DNA of 64,000 nt, from NCBI GenBank assembly GCA_051294905.1, contig CM119371.1, positions 10,728,001-10,792,000 of the forward strand, read 5' to 3'. Source of the DNA: Botryllus schlosseri (taxonomy: Eukaryota). The notes under the pieces were generated by a model, which saw only the letters and a list, made by a program, of their open reading frames with translations, was not told the origin of the DNA and made no database searches. Numbering within the stretch: position 1 is the first letter of the stretch; the number at the start of each line of letters is the position of its first letter. This document shows positions 14,101 through 26,100 of the stretch, in pieces. The translations under genes and the position numbers were made by a program.

Positions 14101-17100
14101 CTCATGTTGTGGACCGGATTTAAACCTTTTGTGATCGCTTGTGGAGCGGAACAGTCGAGCGATTCTAAAATCGATACCTTTATTCTGCACAAGAATGCTA
14201 TATTATCAAGCCCATACATGATAGTCCAAGTAATTAAATTACGGATCACAGAAGGTCAAGTGTTGCAACACCTTTATTCGCACGGAACGGCCGATGATGG
14301 ACCGACTTAATATACTTATAAACCTCTAAAACGCAGGATTTAGGCTTGCATATTTCACGCTCGCTTTGTTTTATTCGTGTTTCATCGTCGGCCTGCTTAG
14401 TACTTATGGGTTGGGAGGGCTACAAAAGATTGAACTGTAAACCCGGTTGTCAGAATTTGACTCGTTATTATAAAATCACCATTCGGAGTTCTCTAGAAGC
14501 CGGGTACCTTTTGATTCAAAAGTTATACGGCAGTTTGATCACGTAAATTTCAAATATATTCTTTATGTAATTATCGTATTCTCCATGTACCTTATATACA
14601 ACGGTTTCGCACTGGCGGTTTTGTTTCTGTGAATAGCTATTCTGTGGTTCATAGTTTTATAAAAATCTGAACTTAGTGTGCATTACTCTTCTACGTTTTC
14701 GGAATTTCGTGTCAATGTCACCGACTTGTACCTAATGGAGACAAAAGTGAAAACTCAACAGTGCCATCGAATGGTTTTAATGCGAAGTATGATCCATAGA
14801 TTGACGTTCGCTGTCTTGAAGGATTATTTACGTGAAATTATTTCTTTCTAAACATTTTTGTTAGAAATGTGCTCGATAAGACAAGTAATCTACCAGTTAC
14901 TCAGAATTGCTTCGCGGGTGGGATGAAATCATATTTCGGGCAGTATATTTGACATCCCCTGTTGTAAAATGTGAACTGTAGAGCAGGGATAGCTAACCTT
15001 TCCGGGTAAAGGGGCACATGCAATTAACGAGACAGTGCGCGGGCCTCTAGCCGCGCAAGTCGCCAAAAGTTTATAAATGAACTAGGTCAATAATATTATT
15101 ACATTAGTACATTGTGGGTCTACTGTAAACCGCCTGCTGTGCTCAGTTTACAAGGACTGGCCTATTCGGCACACGGACATGTCGATATCGAAGATTTTCG
15201 CGTACACGGGTCAATCATTTTGTGCCTAGGTTGCATCGTCGATGATCTTTCCGCCAGCGCAAACGCGAGGAGGCTTTCTCTCCTAGTCGCGAATATAGTT
15301 AGACTTAATCGAATAAATTAGGCGTTTTTTCCATTTTCAGAAGAGGGCATAAATATTGAAAGCAAGATATCGAGTGATCGTTAAATCACACGAAGCTTGA
15401 AGAAAATTTTTCTACAATTCCACTTTATTGTAATGCACGACAATTTATTAAAAATATGACTGGACCCTGGATCTGCCAATTCGCCGGAACTGATATTTTA
15501 GTCATCAACATCCCAACTTTCGCGGCCAGACTAATCAAATTCTTGGTTGGCCCTACAAGTTCACAATCTGTGTAATTCATTCTCGATAATATATTTAATT
15601 TCGAAAATTACCTCGCGGGCCATTGAAAACCGCCAGACCCCTCATCCGACTGTACCTTTTAGACCGCTACTAATCAAGGAGTTCTGTTGCCTGTTTAGTC
15701 GCATACTACATGGCCTATAACCTCATATGTCTTGGTGCGTCGTGGCGCCGTAATGGCCGACGCCGAAATGCCGATTTCTATAAATCATGCGTCTCGTTTC
15801 TTCGGTAACGTACCCTATAATCGAGATAATTGACAACACTAAATCGCGGCTATCGCGTCGAAATTTTGAAAAGGGTACATGAATTTTCAAAAAAATGCAT
15901 TATTACTTACGTTAATTCACGAAATAATTTTGTGCCCTCTTTGTGCCCCCCATCGGGGGTTTTGGGGTGCGGCAGTTACGGTCCTGCCTACAGGGTCATC
16001 CATCGTACGTCGTTTAAGCGGATGTGCAATACTCGAAGACCAAAGTGAATTTGATGTAGATTTACGGTACGAGCTCAGGTTGTAATATTGTAACGTAAAG
16101 ATAGTCATTAGTCATCATTGCAATTTATTCAATTATCAACTATCTTGGATAGTATGCGGCACTACGGCAACGAATCGTATAGGATTGAGGATTTAGAGCA
16201 GCGTATAAATCATTGGAGTGTCGGTATAAAAATGTCCGGCCTTGAAATCACTGTAAGCTACATAATGTCAGAGTCGCATGGATTGTTTGCATCATTGGAC
16301 TGAATGTTCTGACTTCAGTAGGAATATGACATATGTACAGATTGCATAATGAAAATTATTTCTCCGGTTCTCTGTAGTGTATACCATCAACTGAAATAAC
16401 CGTAAAATGTCTGAATTTGGCCCAAGCTACCACAATTTCCCCATCATGATTCATCTAAAACCTCAATCATGAAAACTGAGTTCGTGGATGCGTGGATTAG
16501 ATCATTGTGTTTCGCGACGTGCGTCGAACAGTCAACTGTTCACAAGACTTATACACGCTACCAGGGCCGTAACTACCACTCCAATCGGGGGGAGAGATCG
16601 AAATTGTTCCGTTAGTCGTATTTTGGAGGAGATTTATTCAACATGAAAATTTTCTTCGCGCATTGCGCGATTTCATGACGCTATAGGTCTAATTCATATA
16701 ATGAATGGCGAGAAAAAATGCACAGATTTCAGAGAAATAAGGCATATCGGCGATATCCACGCACTGAGATGGACTATGATTCTAGCTAGGCAGAACATTT
16801 TCAAACCACAAAATGGGCCACGACCAAAAATAGGTTGATAACCCCTGGCATAGGCATAGGCTTCGGGGCCTAAAAACAACCTTTCACAACGGAACATCAA
16901 TACCGAATAAACGAGTCATTTTCATGACTACGAACACAGGGTTTGGATCAGTTTTCTGTTTGTTGTTTGTTTGTTTGTGGTATTCATGGTGTTTGTCGAC
17001 TACTATGGTCATTTACACTAGGCCGATATTGTTCATTATTTTTCCGTAACTGCCGACGGCCCACGGCCCACCTCTAGGCTTTTTGTAAGACACCGCTTGC

Positions 17101-20100
17101 GCGGATGAGGTGGCGAGCCTAGGTAAACCTCCAACACTTACTCATCGGAATTCTGACGTCGACCTCGGTCGGACTCGAACCCGCACCCATTGGTGTTGCA
17201 GCCGCGGATTATACCACTGCTCTATCTCGCCACACCCTCGGTTTTGTGTTGAATTATCCTTTTACTGCCACCGTGACACAGCGCGAAATATCAAATTGAA
17301 ATTCAATGATTGTTAATTACGGATGTTGAAATACCGGAACTTCTATTTCGCTACAAGATTGGCAAGGTTCGTTTCTGAAAGCAAACTTGATTTGTTGAGG
17401 TTCGTGTGCGAACTATACGATGTATACATGCCTTTGAATAGGGTTTCATTTACTTAAAGTGTGAAAATAAATTTAAAACAAAGATGTTCAAAACAAGACC
17501 CTTGTTTAAAACATGGTTTTATTGTTTTTTTTTCAAAGCCATGACGTCACGAATATTCAATTGTAACGTCAGAGTGGATTGGCATTGACAATTGAAAGTA
17601 TAGGGTAAATATAGCTCCTTTGACGAAGTATCTGCCCTATTGCTGGTGAACCGTCTATTTTTAGGGTTCCAATCATCCCATATCGATAAACGTCGGCTAT
17701 ATCGGATAGTAATTTTCCGTGGGCTCATTCAACGTGTTTTTCGGAAAATATTCGTGCTATTATGGAATAATTTTACAACTTAAAAAAACATTATTTCGTT
17801 TTTTCAAAGAACCTTTGTTTAAAAGACTGTTCCAAGCAGCAGATTTAGTTAATTGTGACTCCGCATAGGAACCATGATGCGAATATGTTCAGGTTACATT
17901 TCGAAGTGATGAGGGAACAAGGTCCATACGATACGGCATCGAACACCGGTAAGTTGCGATATTTTATTAATATTATACTTTTATTCTACACTCTAATAAT
18001 CTATTGGACTTCAGTTCATTCAACATAGTAAATGCAACTCAATTGAATAGTATATTCATATCGAAATCAACCGGAATATTTTCGGCTGACATTCGTCAGG
18101 GGTAATCGTCAGCAACTAGTAGAGAATTGGAAAGAACATTGTATATAAACAATCGTATCACAAAATATGACGTCACCGACATGAAATTTCGAATGAGAGA
18201 GCGTTCAATGCACTATTTCCAGGTGGTACACGAACTCCTTTTGTTGGCGGGGTCACGGCTGGTGCCTTGGAGTCGACTTTCATCAAAATACACCAAAGAA
18301 AACTGTCAACAGAAGAAGTTCGTGTACCACCCGGGAATAGTACATTGAATGCTTTCTCATTCGAAATTTCACGCTGGTGACGTCATATTTTGCGATACGA
18401 TTGTTGATATACAATGTTCTTTCCAATTCTCTACTAGTTGCTGACGATTACCCCTGACGAGTGTCAGCCGAAAATATTCGGGTTCATTTCAATATGAACA
18501 TACTATTCAATTGTATACTGAAGTTCTGTACCTCCAAGAAGCTCTTTTCATAAACAGAAAACGGTTGTAGCCTTATTAGTAATAACTAGGGCGGTTTTTT
18601 TTGACCTAAAAAAAAGAAAATTTTGACCTAAAAAATAAAAATTTTGACTTTTTTTGACCTAGCGTATGCAAATTAGGTGTTTTCCCACATAATGTTAAAA
18701 TTGCACCACTTATCTTCATTTCTGGTTTGAACTGACTGTCCTAACGAAGTAGTTTGGCCTGAAAAAACGTTTTTGGCTTAGACACAGGCAACTTTTTACA
18801 TGAAAAAAATATTTGAACGAAATCTGGCCCTATGAAGAATTCCAGTGGTTACAATATGAATTATGGTAGAAATAATTAAAATATTTTGTAGTACAACGAG
18901 AGATGCTTTCCTGCATTCTTGGGTAGAAAGTGCACGTCCTTACTAAGAAGCTTGTCAAGGACGTTCAACAGCAGCAGTTGTTGGCCGACAACACTCAAGT
19001 TGTGCGTACACTGTTGGTGCTGGTGACACACCGGGTTGCTTCATTCTGACAATGTTGTCTACATCACAATTTTTCATCATGCGCTTCTTGATATAAAAAT
19101 GATGCAATGCACAAGAAGTCTTTCTTCAGTTAGGATATTGCGGTACGTTGACCATAACACCATGTCTACCTATTATTTTTTTTTTACCGTTTATGATTCA
19201 CAATGAGCAGATGATCAGCCGTTTACAACGGTAGGCCTATAAAATAGGCTGAAAGTGATAAAATATCAAATTATAAGTTCACCGACAGTGCTAAATCTAC
19301 GATACAAACGAAATGCAGACGTCAAAAATTTATTGATTTAATGAAAAATTTTGACAAATTTTGACCTAACGCTACAATTTTGACAAATTTTGACATGTCA
19401 AAAAAAAACCGCCCTAGTAATAACATAGTGATATCGATTTCGTATGGCTATATATCTTCCAGGGTTGTAATGACTCGAGTCCGACTCAAGCGTCGAATTT
19501 TTGGTAATCGACATAAGACAATCTGTGTGGTGACTCGACTTGAACTCTAGCCATTGCGCATGATCGAGATTTGTAAGGCCAAGACAGGCATTTCGTTGTA
19601 ACTTCGAAATTTAGTAAGCTATCAAAATATTTGGATTTCGTCTCTCCGTATACTGGTGTTGGTATAATAAGACCCGAAACTGTGTAAAGCGAAGAAAGTT
19701 GGTATACTATGAATGCCATGCAATCAATATCACCCGAACAGAGTTGTATAAAAGTGAGTTGAACGGGATTGAGCTCGAAAATCAACAGTGAACGCAATAT
19801 AATGGACTCGGGTCACAGCACTGTCACTCGGAATCGAAACTTCGAAGTAAAACTGGGACTCGGTGGTGAAGTGAAAATGACTCGACTTGAATCGATTCAA
19901 AACTATAAATGTAGAATTGACTTGGGACTTGGAACCTTTTGACTTATTGTTACAGCCCTGATAGCCCTGTTTTTCATAAAAATATTATATAGGTTTATCG
20001 TTTCATTTGCGTTTATCTTAATCAATATCACGATTTTCAGAGATGACCATTTACAATTCTATGGGTTCAGTGAGGCAGCGACACCATTTGTATACTTAAA

Positions 20101-23100
20101 TGTTATTGGAAATGATCTTCAACGCTCCAAATATTTCCAAATTCAGGTGGGTGCTCAGTACTACGCGCATTGTGAACAATCACTGAATCTTTATTCACAT
20201 TTTCTAGGTTCGTTCCGACCGCACAAATCCGAATCCAGCTATCACCAAATTCGAAAATATCTCCAGCTCGGGAAACTTCAATTTACATTATCATGCGATA
20301 CAGTTCGCAAACAAGTCAATGCGAACAGAGTGTCGGTTTCATTTTTACGTGTCCAACGAGAAGGTATGACGGAAACTAGAAAATCAAATGGACCTGGCAT
20401 TGCATGTGCTTGTCTTATATTTTGTATACATGTGTATATTTTCTAAAACATCCACGAAAACAGACCGGAGATTTTAAACATCTTGCAACGACAGGAAGTC
20501 TTCACCGTTGAAACCGTTGAAATTGTAATTGCAGTGTGATGTTAAACCAACTTTCATGATAATTAGGGTGATATAGTCGACGTCATCATAGGTTAGATGC
20601 CGTAGTTGGAATAAATCGAAAGGCAAAAAGTACCTTCCCAAATCTTAGTATTACTTTCTTCGGCGTCCGCACAATTATAACTTTTTTTATACGTCCCTTG
20701 CCACGAAGAGTCATGTCAATAGCAAGTCCATACTCGAATGGAAGTTTTCCAGACTCGAAGAAGAACATTTCCAAGGTTGCTGATGAACTATTGGGCAGTA
20801 CCAATCAACCAAACATACTTGAATTCGGTACAATAGTTGTCGCATGATATTTCAGGACTGGAGATCCACCCCACCGACGTTATTTCACCAGACGGACGAA
20901 ACCATCACGTCTAGAAGACAAACTATATATTCGATCGAAGGTGTTCCACGGCGAGTTTTGTTCGGATACGTGCTACTTTTCAGGTAGTTACGAAAAATAC
21001 AACATAAATTAGACACGGAAAATACAATTGATATTTCTGCAGAAACACTGGAGAAAAATATACTTCGGTTGAACTGGACGAAATTGCCGCTTTTTTTGTA
21101 AAAGCCGTGGCGAAGTTTCCTCGTTTAATGAACGGTAAGACGGAATCCTGCAACAACGTTGAGTGAAGCTCAAAACCGAGTATGTCGCAATAGTGAGGCA
21201 TTTAATCTTGGATCGAAGTTTGATTTCAGGTCATGGTCAGTGCAAGCTGCAAGGACATGAAACGTTAGGGCAATTTTATGAGGATAACCAGCATATGTCC
21301 AGTTATAAGAGGATTTGTCCTCTTTTTTTCAGTAAATTGAAATTGTCCATGGAGGACGCCCAAATGTACTACTTTTTGGGAATATGCCCACTTTTTCCAG
21401 AAAAATTGTTGAAATGTGATACAAAAACTGGATTCCGACGCACCGAACGCCAGGGTTAGCAAGATAATAAATGAAAAATAAAGAAAGCCCGAAGGGTAGT
21501 TCGTGTGCGAGATCTGGAAAATGACCTATTGTACGGTCATAATAGTCCTTCGAACAATTTTCTTTAATGCAAGTGATATGCCGCACGAAATCGCGCAACG
21601 GGGAAATGATGAAGAATTTTGTGAAGGAAGGCACGCTAATTTTGTTTTGGTCGAAATGGCGTCATAGTGGCCTGTTCTGACATTACAATATCACTCCTTT
21701 GTGGTTTCACGAGTGTTCTATTGCAGTGCATTTTAACCGCAATGACTCGGTACACTAATGTTGCGTGCGAGGTGATACGAGAATATGATTTGCTACTGTC
21801 GGTAGGAAGAGATGCTCGCGCAGAAAGATAACCATCGACGCCATATAATTATTTAGATACCACAATACACCTTATTACGATAACATCTCTTCCCACGAAA
21901 TGACCATTCTGGAAATTCAGTGTTTTTTTATTGCATCAATCGTGCGGTTTTATACAGGCTCTTCATGCCTGCAATTGGGACATATTATCCACTACGCATC
22001 ACAATTTGTATGTAACCGTACTATCCGTGAGCAGATAGAAAAGGTGTTGTGGTTAAACACGCTCTGACTTGTGATCCAGGTCGTTATGTCTAGTCTTCTT
22101 CAAACTAGAGCAGTGGTTCTAAACCTTTATTTAGCCACGGCCCATATGGGTGAGGCAGCTACGGGTCTGGTATAGATCGTGTAACAAGCCGCCATAATTT
22201 CGATTTCGAAATATCACATATTTAGGAATTTTTAATTAGGTTAGTATTGGCTACTGAAACTTCTAGGTTTAATGTTCAGATATATACATATTCCCAGAAT
22301 GGAGGTATGCAGACCCATTAGTGGTACCAGTTACGTTCGACAAGGGAAGTGAAGAATCGGTTTTGGAGAGTGCACCAGAAAATATGACCAAATATATTGA
22401 CGCGGGAAACTTGCAATTTACATCATATAATAACTACGGATTTCCTAATGCTATATGTCCGGGAGTGAGGTAGGTTTGCTCGTATTTTCATTTATGATAG
22501 TCTTGAAATATGAGGAATCGATTTGAGGTAGATACATATTAATTAGGAAGATATAGTTCAAGCTAAGATGCTTTTCTGCATAACTTTTACATAAAAATGG
22601 GAAGAGTGGAAGTTGCAGTATCTCTACCTGCATTATCTCTGCAATGATTACCGGTCTCGGTATCCTAATATTAGGCTTACCATATTTAGGAGACTTTTAC
22701 AGAAATTTCAGACATGCAAAACTGGAGAAGAATTCCCAAAAACCGGTAAATTTTTCCCACTTCGTGATCATCACTTCCGCTCAGAGCTCAAAATAACGTT
22801 TTTCTCTCCACATTGCCAAGTGTATGACTAAAAAAAAAAAGGTATTCTTTGAGCTAAAATAACCGCTTTTCCCTCCGAAATACCCGCCGGAGCTTCACTT
22901 CTGCGCTAATTTGCGGCATATCGCTCGCAAGTTCCTCTAAATGTGACCTAAATTTTCAAAAAAGGGAACAAAATCTCAAAAAAGAGGACAAAAGGGCGTC
23001 CTCCGAGGACACTTTCAAAAAAGTCAAAAAAGAGGACAAATCCTCTTAAAAGAGGACGTATGGTAAGCCTACCTAATATCCGTTTGTTCTGCTTCTCAGG

Positions 23101-26100
23101 GTCCAGCTAGACCAATGACTCTTAAAATCATTTTGACCTCGTGGACCGGTAACATTCCAAAACAGATGTTGCGAACCAGGGAACCTTATAATATCTAAAT
23201 TAAAATCAACCCTACATTTAATCACGATATGTATGCAACTCAAATGCAATATTGGAGCTGACTCTTCCATAATATATACTTATTAGTGCGGAGAGGATCG
23301 GCAAATTCTCTGGTCATACTCCTATCCTGGTTATTAAAGCTATGGTCCGACTCCGGGCCGACTCCTTGGCCGGATTCTAGAAATGACCGTTATCCGGTCC
23401 AAAAAGTCCGTTTATAAATGTATACTCACAGGATGGTATTGAATAATGATTGAAACAGTGCAAACAAGACGCTAAAACCTCAAAGATCAAACCCAGCCCT
23501 TATATAAAGTAATTAAGCCAACTGGGACATGGACATAGCTTGTGGTAATTTCCATGAACGTTTCACTTGAATTATTGATTCGATGGTGCAAGAGGGTATG
23601 GCTGTCATATTCTTAGTAAAAAGTACCGAACAGACTCCGGCCGTATCAGAAAAAGTACTCTGGCTTCGCCAAAATGGAGAAAATCCGGCAGGATATACAA
23701 TCCGACTCCGGTCCATGCTCCGCGTTCTATTTAATTTTTTGCAAAGCGAAGCTCGCAGAGTCCCGTTAAAGACCAATGACTTGATTGCGTTTATCGGTAT
23801 CCTGAGAAACGCGACTTTGTTATTTGCCATAGGCTCCATTATGCTGCTGAGAGCCAAGTAATTGTAATGTCCGAATTTAACGATGTTAATTTCAAAGACA
23901 CCGAAGTTATCACATATATCTGGTCCGAAACGAGTTGTTGGCTAATTTTAAACAATTTCTGAAAACACTGGTACCATCGTGGCGTACGCCCGAAGTAGAT
24001 TATATACTCTCTATCAAGACCCTATACCCGTGCCGAACTTCTAAATCAATGTTTTATTTCTCTAATTAATGGACAAATGTCCAACTTGTTTCGTTTTAGA
24101 ATTGAAATATAAAATTCTGATATAGTTTTCGGACCGGCAAGAAACATGCCACGGACCAGCGGTTGAGAACCATTGCTCTAGATTAATTATTCTCGAACTG
24201 TTCTATATGGGACAGATTCAAACGTATGACATGAATCTTTTGGACTTTTTTAAAATACCTGTATAATTTTTTAAAATAAAACATGCATACAAGCAAATGC
24301 GACCAAAGCTCTAATTGATGCAACCGTCCGTAAATAGGAAATGCGATGATGAAAATAATCATGGCGTTGTCGATAGAGTGCATTGTTAGACGGAATGATG
24401 AAATTCTGAAAAATTATGTTGACAATCTACGATTCATTTCCCGCTTCTAATAAACTCGTTAACGAAATATCACTTAATAATTCATCGGTACATTCTCTGA
24501 ACATCAGCTTGTACTACAACGGTAATTGCCCGAATTTATCAATATTGACTGTAGGGATGAATATGTAATCGAATTGCAAGCACGAACCAAGCGTTTAGTT
24601 TGCAGAAGTAAAAGAACAGGTTATTAATTTATGAAATGAACCGTTTTTTATATCGTCTCACAATTGAATCGTTCGTTGGCTTCTTCATTTGCATACTTAT
24701 ATCAGTCGATAGTTATAAGCCTACCTTCCTTAAATTAATGAACACTTTCTGATCAACCACTACTGTTGTTGTAAGGCAGAAACGTACGAAAAAAGAGCCA
24801 TTATTTCCGTAAACAAGTGCTCGCCAATCACCACACCACAACCTCCCTGACTCAAATCAGTGGTTCTTAACCGGGGGTCCGCGGAGCATTTTCAGGGGGT
24901 CGGCCAAACCTCCAAATTTGTAAAATGATTGATAACCTAATTTGCAATTTTTTTTAATTAGATAAAGCATAACACATTATTGCCTCATAATTGCTGAAGC
25001 TTCAGGACTCACATCATTAGAATGATCCTCTGAGATGAAATACCCTACAATGCCAACGTTATTTAATGGCCAAATTGCTAATTGCCTACTGACAAAGACA
25101 TATTACTCTTTAGCAGAGGTGGTCAAAGTAGTCAAAAAAGCTAATCAAGTAGAAGTAGAAGTAGCGACGAAAAAATCTACTCAAGTACGAGTAGAAGTAC
25201 TTCTTTAATAATCCATCTAAAACTAATTGAGGTAGAAGTCGAATTGACTGACTTTAAATCTACTCAAGTAAGTAAGTAGTTTTGAAAACAGTCTAAATTC
25301 GTTCGCATGGATTATCAAACGATGCGAATTGAGCTATGCGGCAGGTGCAGGTAGCTTGATTCGTATTGATGCATCCTAGGAGGTATCGATTTTCGACAGA
25401 ATAAGCATTGTGTCGCATCATGAGATACAAATTATAGTATTTATATGAAAATGCGATACTCACCCTTTGTCTACTAGAGACCCCGTATTTGGAAAATATC
25501 ATGGTATGGCGCCATACCCCATATTATAGAGCCCTAACTTTAGGCGAAGAGCAATACTTACATCGGATACGGTTTCATTACTTTGCGCGATTAGTATACG
25601 TTAATAACAAATATTGTGGATCGTAAAAGTGATATTCAGTGTAGCTTTATTTTCGGAAAATAGAGGTATAACTACACTTGCTTTTATGCTTCAGCATGTA
25701 TGTTCTGCAGACAAAAGAACTGAAAGTAATTAGAACTCAAAGTATGATACTTGCAATTGAAAGTGAAATACTAATACCACTTCTAAAAACCGGAAAGTGT
25801 ATTTCATGTCTTTTGTCCATAAAGATTTAAAAGTGACCTGCTAAAACAGGCGTAACGTTAAAAAAATATGGATTTCCAGATTAGCAAGACACGTAATGGG
25901 CTGTTAGATTACGATATGATAGGGAATTGCTAGATTGCGAAACGGTAGTTTCAAACGTTATGGTGGGTCATATTTACTGTGATGAAATATTTAATATGGG
26001 CGACAATGCGGTGTGAGAGGAACCAAGCAGTCCGGTACCTAAATTATATTCACTAATACTTTCGTGAAAACATATTTGTCACTCAATCACTACTATGGCT

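Noticed and set aside
17160..17231. Functional tRNA-Cys gene
   Set aside because: The acceptor stem is poor and the sequence continues into a body and tail shared with other copies, so it is a SINE head.
14071..17948. CUB domain call for the intelectin insertion (ACG...VTFRSD)
   Set aside because: Only a short motif resembles CUB; the other conserved positions are not evident.
22112..24176. Single MITE capturing the intelectin exon at 22298
   Set aside because: The flanks (AACTAGAG versus CTCTAGAT) do not form a TSD; these are more likely two independent fragments.
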